64,000 nucleotides of DNA from positions 32,001-96,000 of the IMG/VR virus record IMGVR_UViG_3300050014_000310; one strand, given 5' to 3'. Shown here piece by piece: positions 36,093 to 45,092 of the stretch; the stretch's first letter is position 1, and the number at the start of each line of letters is the position of its first letter. The position numbers and the translations under genes were made by a program. Source of the stretch: a virus. The notes below the pieces were generated by a model. That model saw only the letters and a list, made by a program, of their open reading frames with translations. It had not been told where the DNA came from and searched no databases.

Positions 36093-36737
36093 TTATGCTT
36101 GTTTCCCATGACCTTCTTGAATTGGCTGTGCAATTGCTTTTTCAAATGGCCAGCCATTGCTAACGCGATAATACAATTGCGTAAAAGTTAAGCCATACTG
36201 TATTGCCCATTCTATCAAACATTTTGTTTGCCCATTATGTGTAATAAGGTGATTAGCGCTCGTATTTCTGGCTTGTTCTTGCATCGTTGCCCATCGACAA
36301 TTTTCTGGAGAATAACCTTTATCGTTATTTTTTCTATCAATAGTTAAGTCATCTCTATAGCCATGAGAAAGTGCCCAAGAAACAAACGCTTCTGCATCGT
36401 GAAACCATTCTTGACAAATTGTTATTCCTCGACCACCATAACGATCATAGCTTTTATGCTTTGTATTGCAGCATCTTCCTTTTAAATCTGCCCAAATTCT
36501 ATAAACACGTAAATAAGATAATCTATGTTTTATGCATTTAACTTGGTCAACTTCTTTTTTGTAACAACCACAACTCTTAGACTTTCCTCTTCTAAGATCA
36601 ACGGAAACAACAACAGTTGCATTTCCACAATCACAGTTGCATAGCCATTTAAAGTTATTGTTAATATCCTTACCTTCTGGCCTTATTGCAGTTAATCTGC
36701 CAAACCTTTGCCCTGTAATGTCAATAAATTTCCCCAT
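36093..36737 (-). CDS. HNH-type homing endonuclease-like protein
   Basis: DITGQRFGRL..CNCDCG..SCGC; YGGRGITIC; TIDRKNNDKGYSPENCRWAT; AT-rich insert. Confidence 0.85.
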   Translation of the reverse strand: MGKFIDITGQRFGRLTAIRPEGKDINNNFKWLCNCDCGNATVVVSVDLRRGKSKSCGCYKKEVDQVKCIKHRLSYLRVYRIWADLKGRCCNTKHKSYDRYGGRGITICQEWFHDAEAFVSWALSHGYRDDLTIDRKNNDKGYSPENCRWATMQEQARNTSANHLITHNGQTKCLIEWAIQYGLTFTQLYYRVSNGWPFEKAIAQPIQEGHGKQA

Positions 36738-36840
36738 AGAAAGACACCTCCGTAGTGTTTAATGCTGTTCCGATTAAATAAAATTTGCGGGAAACAGATT
36801 CGGAATGTCTGCTTTCGGGTGGCCGCCCTATCCCGCAAAA
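36738..36840 (-). ncRNA. Conserved structured leader, copy 2
   Basis: TTTGCGGGATAGGG..CCCGAAAGCAGA-cattccgaa-TCTGTTTCCCGCAAA...TCGGAA...ACACTACGGAGGTGT. Confidence 0.7.
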
Positions 36841-36844
36841 ATGG

Positions 36845-37264
36845 TTATGATTGGAACATATTTTCCGCGAGTACCGTCCAAGTTACAAGTTGTCCCTGGG
36901 CCTGGTACGGCAAATCCGCCCTCTTCTGAAAGGCGCACCCCGTGCATTGGTTATTGTCACCCATGACCGCGCTGTCCGCCGTAATGGTCAACTGGTTCCA
37001 TTCCGCAGGGTTACCTTTGAGGTAGTTGTATAGGCCCTGCAACCATTTATGAAACGCCGATGTCTGCTGAATCGCTATGGCAATCGAACCGTTCTCGCCT
37101 TCAACATCACTTGTCATAACACGGCCATCCGCCGCCACGTCCTGTACTGTACGATCCGTCGCCATACTGAAGGTGATCGTTCCAAGGCCGGAACCGGTAG
37201 CAATGTACTGCCCATAAGCTGGATGCGAAAACACGGTCTGGAGATCCTTGAAGCTATAGATCAT
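36845..37264 (-). CDS. Tail tube protein (DUF3277-like)
   Basis: YSFKD...DVAADGRVMTS...G.I.I..QQTS; follows the sheath. Confidence 0.8.
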   Translation of the reverse strand: MIYSFKDLQTVFSHPAYGQYIATGSGLGTITFSMATDRTVQDVAADGRVMTSDVEGENGSIAIAIQQTSAFHKWLQGLYNYLKGNPAEWNQLTITADSAVMGDNNQCTGCAFQKRADLPYQAQGQLVTWTVLAENMFQS

Positions 37265-37364
37265 TGGTTATATACTCCTTTCCCAGAATTGAAAAAGCCC
37301 TGACCGAAACTGCCAGAGCCACAACCCTAATTTGTTCCCAATAGGGGATGCCGCTAATTTGTTC

Positions 37365-38882
37365 CTACATCGGCACCTGGACCGCGATCACGATCCCCTG
37401 AATGGCCCCGGCCAGACAAGGTATCACGTAGATCGGCGGAGATATCCGGGCGCCCTTATTCGCGGAGCTCTGTGAAGCAATCGTCGCCGACAGTACCAGA
37501 TATCCCTCGCTCAGCGTATCGCCGGTGTTCAGCGTCGTAGCTCCAATGGTCAAAGGCGGCCCATCCCAGGTGCCTGGAGCCAGGAACCCAGTCGTGACAG
37601 CGCTCTCCAGCGGGACCTTGATCCCGTTCCTCAATAGCGTCATGCCGCCTTCAGTGTAGGGAATCTTCTGGCTACCAGTTTTCAAATTCATCACGGCAGT
37701 GGCAATCTGGCTCACCAGTTGATCCAGCCCCAAAACTTCGTCAAACCACATGCCGTTGGCCATCGTGCCGTTTTCAAAAACGGTATAGGTGTTGTTGTAG
37801 GTAGCCACGAAGTTGACGTTATCGCCGCCAACGCCATCTACACCAACGAAAATGGCCGCCTGAGCCTCAGTCAACGGCTCCGGGGTCACCCCGGTTATCA
37901 CCTTGTCAGCCAGGGCAAAGGAGCTATTGGCTGTGCCCGTGTTGGACCCCATAGCGTAGCCCATAGCCCCGACTACGGCGTTTGGCGTCTGGGTGCTGTA
38001 CTGCGTCAAGGTACGCATATAATTGGCATCCATTAAGGCCAGGGCAACAGAACCTACGCCATCGGTGTTAGTCGCTCCATTGGCCGCCCCCAGTTTCAGC
38101 GCAGCCGCCAGGTCATTAGTCGCGCCGTTGACAATCCTGATTCTTGACAATGGTCCGGATGTTGCCGAGGTGACGAGGTAGACCCCACCGGTGAATGCCA
38201 CAGTCACGGCAGCATAGGCGCCACCCAGCGCTTGAATAGCAGCCTGCAGCGCAGAGGCAACCAATGCCCCAGTGTTGAGCCCGGTAACGCTCGTCAGGGT
38301 AACAGCGTGGTAGGTCGGAGTCAGGCCGTAGACATCGGCGTCAACAGCAATCTGCAGCGTAGTCTGGCTGCCAGCAGAGATGTTCGTACTTGGTGATGCC
38401 GCGCCGATCTGATACCCGGCTGCCAGGGCTGTGCTGGCGAGTACCGCGGCATCGGCGGTCGTGACAAAATGCTGCGCCGCCGGCTGGCAACTGTTCACGT
38501 AGGCGGAGATCATCAAGATATCCTGAGCGGATGCGCCGCACACGGACACCAGATACCAGTTGGGGTTTAGCGATCGGCAGGCCTGGACCGCGGCCAGCGC
38601 AGTTTCCGTTGAGCTGTTCCACCGGCCAATGACTACCTGAGTGGGCTGCGGAGTCTGCCCGAAGTAGATCTCAGCCGCTAGGTATTCCGGGCTGGTCAAA
38701 GAGAACCCATCGGCGGTCATGCCGTTGGTGCTCGAATAGGCGCGGGTGCGATCAAGCGACGTTCCGGCAATAATTGAAGATGTGCCGACGATCAAGCCCT
38801 GGTTGAAGCTTGGCCCGACTGCCGAGGACGGAGAGATGACTACTGAAATCTGGATGATGTCGTTCAGGTTTAATGTACTCAC
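37365..38882 (-). CDS. Tail sheath protein (DUF3383-like)
   Basis: SPEYLAAEIYFGQTPQP, G.MANG.WFDEV.GLD, KIPYTEGG, GAIQ motifs. Confidence 0.88.
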   Translation of the reverse strand: MSTLNLNDIIQISVVISPSSAVGPSFNQGLIVGTSSIIAGTSLDRTRAYSSTNGMTADGFSLTSPEYLAAEIYFGQTPQPTQVVIGRWNSSTETALAAVQACRSLNPNWYLVSVCGASAQDILMISAYVNSCQPAAQHFVTTADAAVLASTALAAGYQIGAASPSTNISAGSQTTLQIAVDADVYGLTPTYHAVTLTSVTGLNTGALVASALQAAIQALGGAYAAVTVAFTGGVYLVTSATSGPLSRIRIVNGATNDLAAALKLGAANGATNTDGVGSVALALMDANYMRTLTQYSTQTPNAVVGAMGYAMGSNTGTANSSFALADKVITGVTPEPLTEAQAAIFVGVDGVGGDNVNFVATYNNTYTVFENGTMANGMWFDEVLGLDQLVSQIATAVMNLKTGSQKIPYTEGGMTLLRNGIKVPLESAVTTGFLAPGTWDGPPLTIGATTLNTGDTLSEGYLVLSATIASQSSANKGARISPPIYVIPCLAGAIQGIVIAVQVPM

Positions 38883-38995
38883 GTTAAATATTCACCTCGC
38901 TTTCTGGAAATTCAGGGCAACAAAAAAGCCGCCTGATGACGGCCATTCTTTGGCGATTCGAGTTAATCCAGACTACTTGACTATTCGGGAATGTG

Positions 38996-39823
38996 TTACG
39001 TGTCAATCGTATCAAACACTCCCCGGTCGGTTTCCACGATGATCTGGGTCGATGCCAGCCAGGGGATCTGGGTATACAGTTTGACTTCCTCGTTGAATCG
39101 CAATCGCAGATGACCGACCGGCCACCACTGCCCCTCGAAATTCTCCGGCTCCCAGACAGTGCTGTAGGGATCCAGGATCAGGGCAACATTGGCTTCAGCC
39201 AAAGTCGTAGAGGTATCGTCAAGGAAACCGTTGTGCAGTTTTTCGGCGTTCTCTTCGGAGTGGGGGCCGTAGACATCGAAGTCCACCGCATGAACCCTGA
39301 CATAGGTGGTAGTAACCTGCTGATTGACTCCATCGCCTACGTCGTCGCCATATTCGGTATCGCGTTGCTGAGTGATCTGATCTGGATCGAAGTATGCCTT
39401 CAGGAATACCTGATCATTGCCGATTGACCAGGCGGGAGCGCCGTCCTGCGGCCAACTGATTCTCACCCCGGAATTGGGATCTAACCCGGTGAAGGATGCA
39501 GCCATCTTCTGAATGAGATCCCCGAATTGTAGCCGGGTGAGGATCTGATTTGCCGGACCCGTTTCCACGTAGGAAAACTGATCAGATGCGCTGGTAGCGC
39601 TGGCGCCTGATGGAGTCACAACTGTGACGTCTATGGTTCCGATGTCAGATGGAGGAGCGATTACTTCAAGATACCGGTCAGATGCCAGAATAGGATTTGT
39701 TCCTGGGGTTGAGCCAAAGTAGACAGTGGTCATGCCGGTGAATCCGCTGCCCATCACGCCTACCGTAGTACCCCCGGATAGGGGCCCGTATGAAGTTGTC
39801 AGCCTGGCCACTGTGAGGGCCAT
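38996..39823 (-). CDS. Neck/tail-terminator protein with N-terminal IPT/TIG domain
   Basis: GPLSGGTTV.V.GSGF...DVTVVTPSG..ATSASDQFSY, then VRISWPQDGAPAW domain. Confidence 0.7.
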   Translation of the reverse strand: MALTVARLTTSYGPLSGGTTVGVMGSGFTGMTTVYFGSTPGTNPILASDRYLEVIAPPSDIGTIDVTVVTPSGASATSASDQFSYVETGPANQILTRLQFGDLIQKMAASFTGLDPNSGVRISWPQDGAPAWSIGNDQVFLKAYFDPDQITQQRDTEYGDDVGDGVNQQVTTTYVRVHAVDFDVYGPHSEENAEKLHNGFLDDTSTTLAEANVALILDPYSTVWEPENFEGQWWPVGHLRLRFNEEVKLYTQIPWLASTQIIVETDRGVFDTIDT

Positions 39824-39897
39824 TTGAGATCACCTACTATCGGAAAAACGAGACTTCTGCGCTGTCGGGAAGCAAGGCCTCTTGTCGAAATCGCGAC

Positions 39898-40284
39898 TTA
39901 ATCACCCTGCATATATACAGCGAAGGCGATAAACCACTGATCACCACTAGAAGAGATCCAAGGATTCACCTGAGACACCCTGTACCGGTCACCGCGATAG
40001 CAGATCTCATCTGACGTTCCGGTATTGCCGGATCCATCGTTTTTGTGAGTGACGAAAATCTGCTGCCCGGGGGAATAAAACTTGGTCATGCTGGTTACAC
40101 GGTCAGCATCGGGTGTCTGCTGGATTTCCTTGCCTGAAGCCGGCATCACCGGACCACCAAAGGAAAGAGGCTGTTCAGTCTCGATCAGACGGCCCGCGGA
40201 GTATGTGCCTGTTTTGCGGTAAACCGTGTAGGGTTGCCAAAACTCGGAGTCGTTGAGAATTTCAGAGAGATCCGTGGGGATCAC
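39898..40284 (-). CDS. Head closure/stopper protein
   Basis: Position; Y.VYR..G.Y..GR...DEI.YRG.RYRV. Confidence 0.7.
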   Translation of the reverse strand: MIPTDLSEILNDSEFWQPYTVYRKTGTYSAGRLIETEQPLSFGGPVMPASGKEIQQTPDADRVTSMTKFYSPGQQIFVTHKNDGSGNTGTSDEICYRGDRYRVSQVNPWISSSGDQWFIAFAVYMQGD

Positions 40285-40991
40285 TTCCCTACTTTATAGG
40301 TGAAATCCTTAGTTGCATTGGATTTGCCCATCTGCTTGCCCATGGTGAGATTCTGGGATGATCCCTTCTTGCGAACGACAAATACTATGGCTCTCCGGAG
40401 CTGGCCAGTATCCACCAAGGGGCGCGAGCTTCCTTTAGCCCTGATCGTACTTTCTGCATTCTTCGGCCAATGATTTTTTGGATTCACGAACCAATTTCTG
40501 CAAAGATTCTGCGCGTCCATGCCAGCCCGCTTCAGCGCATTCTCAGCCCCAGACAGATTCCCATCCAGGGCCAGCCCCGCGGCCTTGGCCAGATCCTCAG
40601 ATAACATCTTCGCGTTCTGCGGGTCCCGGATCGCCGGTTCGATGATCGGTCTGGGCGGGATGCGCCAGTCGGCCTTGCCATGCGCTTTGGTATAAAGTGA
40701 TAGGGCTTGCGAATATGGCATCCCCTTGTCCAGGTTGTCCATCAGGCGGTCATAGTCCAGTGTGTGCGGCAATCCATTGGGGCCGATCATGGCCTGGGCC
40801 ATTTCCTGTTGCATATTTTTGGAGCGTACCCCGTGAGTGTGGATGTAGCAGAGTTGGGCATTGGTGATCTTGCCGGACCTGCCGGCATATTGCTCCGGGA
40901 TGCCGACCAGGACTTCGGCTCTGGTTAGATCGGCAAGGGACTGGAACATCTGCTGAGATTGATCCTTGACGGTGACTTTAGCCTTCAGCAT
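40281..40991 (-). CDS. Neck/virion morphogenesis protein
   Basis: VLVGIPE...IPPRPIIEP...NAESTIRAKGSSRPLVDTGQLRRAI. Confidence 0.8.
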   Translation of the reverse strand: MLKAKVTVKDQSQQMFQSLADLTRAEVLVGIPEQYAGRSGKITNAQLCYIHTHGVRSKNMQQEMAQAMIGPNGLPHTLDYDRLMDNLDKGMPYSQALSLYTKAHGKADWRIPPRPIIEPAIRDPQNAKMLSEDLAKAAGLALDGNLSGAENALKRAGMDAQNLCRNWFVNPKNHWPKNAESTIRAKGSSRPLVDTGQLRRAIVFVVRKKGSSQNLTMGKQMGKSNATKDFTYKVGK

Positions 40992-41160
40992 GGCCGCCAG
41001 ACACTTTTAAATGCATGGTTTCTACGAGCACCTTCTGGGCTTCTATCAGGGTTAGAATCTCACTGACGCTCGTCGTGTTATCAATTACTGATTCAACCCG
41101 AGCAGCCAGTTTAATGAATTGTCCATTTAGTTTTTCGCCAGCATTAATCAACTCTGCCAC
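40978..41160 (-). CDS. Small hypothetical protein
   Basis: 60 aa; AAGGGTGA RBS. Confidence 0.5.
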   Translation of the reverse strand: MAELINAGEKLNGQFIKLAARVESVIDNTTSVSEILTLIEAQKVLVETMHLKVSGGHAEG

Positions 41161-41177
41161 CGTTTTTCACCCCTTTT

Positions 41178-41912
41178 CTAGCGAACATACATTCCACCCA
41201 TACCCGCGAGTTTCCCAATCGATGCGAACATTTGCCCAGCTAAAGTCAAATGGTACGCGCCCCACCCATCGATCCCTTTAGCCACAGTCGAGAAGTCCAC
41301 GCTAACTGAAACATCTCCGGCCGACTTCCCCGTTTTCAGTCCCCGGGCTTCCCCGGCCACCATGACCTGCTGCGCCGATGCCCCGGCCGGCGTCATGCTC
41401 ATCATGTAAATCGTGACGAAATGGGCGACGAAGAAGCCGATAGCAGCCTGCCAGAAGCTTTTATACCGGATCTGAAGGATCACGGCGTTGCCCAGGCTTA
41501 GGTACGTCTGCAGAATAAACAGCGGCACCATGAGCGGATAGCATGTCAGATTCACAGATCCTGACGCAGTGGTCGGAGCCGACAGCGTAACCGTAGTGGC
41601 GCCTACGGTGGTCACTGTAGCGCCATCAGGGATATAGCCAATACCGACGGCCAGCATCCCCGGGGTGATCCCTGTGGTGCTGGACAGGGTTAATACGTTG
41701 CTGCCGATCGCGGCCGTCCCGGCTGCAGATATTGCGGATCCCCCGAACTGAGGGCAAGCGGCCAGGAAATCAGACAGCAGATAGGGCGAATTCGTGCCTT
41801 GCAGAATGCCGGACGCAACAGCCGTAACCTGTTCGACCATTGCTTCCACGTTCTGCCCATAGGGAGAGATGGCTCCTCCGATGCCTATCGGATCGTCAAA
41901 CATGGGAATCAC
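41178..41912 (-). CDS. Head-tail adaptor (DUF4054-like) with inserted beta-rich domain
   Basis: FLAACPQF...FVAHF...KSAGDVSVS.D...LTLAGQMF. Confidence 0.75.
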   Translation of the reverse strand: MIPMFDDPIGIGGAISPYGQNVEAMVEQVTAVASGILQGTNSPYLLSDFLAACPQFGGSAISAAGTAAIGSNVLTLSSTTGITPGMLAVGIGYIPDGATVTTVGATTVTLSAPTTASGSVNLTCYPLMVPLFILQTYLSLGNAVILQIRYKSFWQAAIGFFVAHFVTIYMMSMTPAGASAQQVMVAGEARGLKTGKSAGDVSVSVDFSTVAKGIDGWGAYHLTLAGQMFASIGKLAGMGGMYVR

Positions 41913-41977
41913 CTCCGCAGGGGGAATGCTGATTTAAGGCGGCCGGTCATATTACTACAGCAATACCGTCGCATGCC

Positions 41978-42418
41978 TTATGTAGGCTTCTTGACGCCCC
42001 TGACTTCCTCTTTCCGGGCCTCGAGTTCGGCATCAATTGACTCGATCTTCTCGACATCCTTGGCATCGATCTTCTCTGCTAGAGTTTCGGCCATGACCGG
42101 AGCGGAAACGGTTGCAGTCGAGGCCGGAGCAGTTGCAGCCGGAGCGACCAGGGACTCCTTTTTTTCTTCCAGCGCCTTGATCTCCTCTTTCAAAGCTGCC
42201 AGTCTCTGCTGTGCCTTCAGGACGTTTTCGTCGTCGGCAGAAGCGGTGAAGGACGTGATCGAGCCATCACTGATTGCCAGCTTGTAATAATCATCTTGTT
42301 CTACCCAGTCGGGCAGCGTGCAGAAACCAACTTTTGTTTTCACCTTGATCAGCCGGCCTTTGGCGTCTTTCTCGCCCTGGGTAAAGGCAAGGACCTTATT
42401 TGCCATTAGTTTGAGCAT
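41978..42418 (-). CDS. Head-associated hypothetical protein
   Basis: PDWV..D.YY.LAI.DGSI motif, commonly found after the capsid gene. Confidence 0.7.
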   Translation of the reverse strand: MLKLMANKVLAFTQGEKDAKGRLIKVKTKVGFCTLPDWVEQDDYYKLAISDGSITSFTASADDENVLKAQQRLAALKEEIKALEEKKESLVAPAATAPASTATVSAPVMAETLAEKIDAKDVEKIESIDAELEARKEEVRGVKKPT

Positions 42419-42527
42419 AAAAACAGGTCTCCTCTCATTTTGAAACGTAGAAAAAATCAGATATTTTGAAAATGGAAAAGAGCCTCTTTGCGGGAGGCTC
42501 CCTGGCTACAGACGCTTTGAGTTTATT

Positions 42528-43178
42528 TTACTGCTTGGGCTTCGATGGATGTCTTATGCCCCTTGGCGGCATAGTAATAGCTTCTTCGAAATCCCAGCCA
42601 CGTTGATAGACCCGCTGTCGAAGCTGCTTATAGGACACGCCTTTGATCTTAGCCCAGTCGTTTAGGGTATGCGATTCACCCTGGTATTCATGGAATCTTG
42701 AACGCCTCTGATTATCTGTCTGCATCTTTTGAGTGGCCCAACGGCAATTACCTAGTTCGTAGTCCCCATTGTTATCCTTACGATCAAGGGATATGCGTTC
42801 TGCCCCTTCTGCTGGATCACCCATATCTGCATAAAAGTTTTCAAAAACCAGCCAGCGTTCGCATACTGTTATACCGCGACCCCCATAATCCTTATAAAAC
42901 TTGGACTTGGGGTTAAAACAACGATCTCTCATATGAACCCAGGTATTAAAAACTTTGGATCCACTTTTGCCATGAGTCAAATGAGCCTCACGCGCAAGTT
43001 GGCTTTTTAGGCAACCGCAACTTCTCGTATTGCCCCTCGTCAAGGCAGAAGAAAATATCCATTTTTTTCTGCCACATTCGCAGAGACAGAGCCATCTGCA
43101 TATTTTTGAATCATATTCCAGCGCTGTTAATCGACCAAACGTCTGACCAGTTAAGTCCACCCATTGTCCTTTTCCCAT
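42528..43178 (-). CDS. HNH-type homing endonuclease-like protein (paralogue of 36093..36737)
   Basis: DLTGQTFGRL..CLCECG..SCGC; YGGRGITVCERW; SLDRKDNNGDYELGNCRWAT. Confidence 0.85.
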   Translation of the reverse strand: MGKGQWVDLTGQTFGRLTALEYDSKICRWLCLCECGRKKWIFSSALTRGNTRSCGCLKSQLAREAHLTHGKSGSKVFNTWVHMRDRCFNPKSKFYKDYGGRGITVCERWLVFENFYADMGDPAEGAERISLDRKDNNGDYELGNCRWATQKMQTDNQRRSRFHEYQGESHTLNDWAKIKGVSYKQLRQRVYQRGWDFEEAITMPPRGIRHPSKPKQ

Positions 43179-43187
43179 TGGCTCCGC

Positions 43188-43234
43188 ATCCTCTCTTTTT
43201 CTTACATTTTACAACAAAAGAGAGGATTTGTCTA
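43188..43234 (-). promoter_or_regulatory. Promoter TAGACA-17-TAAAAT overlapped by a 12-bp inverted repeat whose downstream arm contains the RBS
   Basis: ATCCTCTCTTTT/AAAAGAGAGGAT at 43188-43199 and 43216-43227. Confidence 0.6.
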
Positions 43235-43261
43235 GCATTATTTCATAGCATGCCTCATAGT

Positions 43262-44332
43262 TTAAATCTGATCAGCGTACTGGATCGGCTGATAGTAGAG
43301 AATTTTCACTTGTGAAAATTGACTGGCGAAGATGGTTTCGTATGACAAACTTGACGTATTCGGCGCTGTCATCACTCTGCTCAGAGGCACGGTCAGGTCG
43401 ATGTTGAGCCGGTTCTTGGCCTTGACGTAGGCGACCAACCGCTGCGTTCCACCGACACCGGCTCCGATGCACCACCGGGATGGATAGATCTCCAACTGAC
43501 GGCCCTGGTTGACAGCGATGTTGTTTCGCAGGAAGTACGTCAAGATTGACTCCGAGCCTGCCAGCGTGACCGGTGTCATGGAGATATAGGTATAATTTGC
43601 CGGATCGATCAAGATCCGGTTCGCCATACCGGAAAGATCGTACTGGGAAGCCGCCCAGGTGTCATCGATCAGCACATTCATGTCATTCATGATCTCGACC
43701 GGAGTCTTCTGCGACCACAGTGTCGATCCGCCAGCGCCGGCCATTGCCAGGGAAGAAGTGACCAGCGGATTGTTGATCAGCCCGTAGGTGCCGGACTTGG
43801 TGATGCCGTAGTAGACATTGCGGTCGAGCAGTTTAGCGTGGTTCAGTCTCACGCCGTCGTCGTAGATCTGCGTCAATGACTTACCCACCTGCTGCAGTTT
43901 CAACTCGTCGAACAGCGGCGCCTTCAGGATCTCGGAGAACGTATGCACGATGAATACGTCTTTGCTGATGTTGGCCTGAGACGTGGGGATGTTGGTAGTC
44001 TCGGAACCAACGATGCTGTCCTCTTCATTGCCGGTGGTGCTGTAATCCACAAACACGTTGCTGGTGATACTCGTCCAACCACCACCGGGGATCATATCGA
44101 TGTCCCGGGGGGCGGTCAGGGATGTCAACGGCTCCAGGAGACGGGGATCCTGCTTCTCCAGCTGACCGACCAGGAAAACCAGGCCGGTGGCCGACCCGGT
44201 ATCCATACCAGGGCCGTAGGCAACACCAGAAATTTGAGGCATGACGGATCCAAGTCTGCCCGATGCCATCAGGGAGTCCATCGCGGCCTTGTAGTCCTTG
44301 CCGGTAGGCACAAACAAATCTTTGATATCCAT
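43262..44332 (-). CDS. Major capsid protein (DUF2184-like)
   Basis: FLVGQLEKQDPRLLEPL...RDI...GGGW; YGLINNP; position. Confidence 0.88.
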   Translation of the reverse strand: MDIKDLFVPTGKDYKAAMDSLMASGRLGSVMPQISGVAYGPGMDTGSATGLVFLVGQLEKQDPRLLEPLTSLTAPRDIDMIPGGGWTSITSNVFVDYSTTGNEEDSIVGSETTNIPTSQANISKDVFIVHTFSEILKAPLFDELKLQQVGKSLTQIYDDGVRLNHAKLLDRNVYYGITKSGTYGLINNPLVTSSLAMAGAGGSTLWSQKTPVEIMNDMNVLIDDTWAASQYDLSGMANRILIDPANYTYISMTPVTLAGSESILTYFLRNNIAVNQGRQLEIYPSRWCIGAGVGGTQRLVAYVKAKNRLNIDLTVPLSRVMTAPNTSSLSYETIFASQFSQVKILYYQPIQYADQI

Positions 44333-44467
44333 TTCTTATTCTTGCTCCTTTCGATTAGCGGTTTGGGTAAAACTGACCACAAATAAAAAAACCGCCATAC
44401 AAGTGGCGATCCCGGTCAGTGCAATTGATCATCATGCCTAATGTTTCCTAAGGCGTTTCTGCCCAGA

Positions 44468-45037
44468 TTAAGCAGCAACCTGCGTCAACAGCGTGATCTC
44501 AGTGATGCCATTACCGTCCACCTTGCCGGTAGTGAACCGGGCATTGGTCAACTGAATTGAGGTGCCACCGGCAGGAGTAGCTGTGGCGACGATGGACCCC
44601 ACAGGACTGACGGTGCCGGCCACAGTGACGATGTAGACCAGGCCATTGGCGGTCGGCGTGCCCTCGGCGACAAACACGGTGCAACTGCCAACCTGCAGCG
44701 CATCACAGGGAGGCCCAAGCGGCTCAAATTGGCCGCTACCGCCTGCATTTTGCCCGATGCCGTAGGTCAGCGACTGCTTGACCTCAGACACGGCGATCCC
44801 GCCGAAGTTAGCCAGCACGGCAGACGATACGCCGACACCGGATGCGCCCCACAGGGAATAGGAGTTGTCGGCGTTGACGACCACCGCAGATCCAAACGGA
44901 ATTACGGGCTGCGTCTGCACGCCGCTACCGTTCAGGATCGATTTGACAAATCTTGAATTGATCTTGTTGAGCGGGTTGCGGGATACTTTGCCCGCATAAC
45001 CCAGGTTGAGATCCATTCCAATTGCTGTTCCAGACAT
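44468..45037 (-). CDS. Capsid cement/decoration protein
   Basis: GTAIG..LNLGYAG.VSR...IPFG; between protease and capsid. Confidence 0.75.
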   Translation of the reverse strand: MSGTAIGMDLNLGYAGKVSRNPLNKINSRFVKSILNGSGVQTQPVIPFGSAVVVNADNSYSLWGASGVGVSSAVLANFGGIAVSEVKQSLTYGIGQNAGGSGQFEPLGPPCDALQVGSCTVFVAEGTPTANGLVYIVTVAGTVSPVGSIVATATPAGGTSIQLTNARFTTGKVDGNGITEITLLTQVAA

Positions 45038-45092
45038 TTGTTTGTCCTCCTTTGGTTTGGGTTGACGTTGTGCTCAATTTAACTGATATTGC

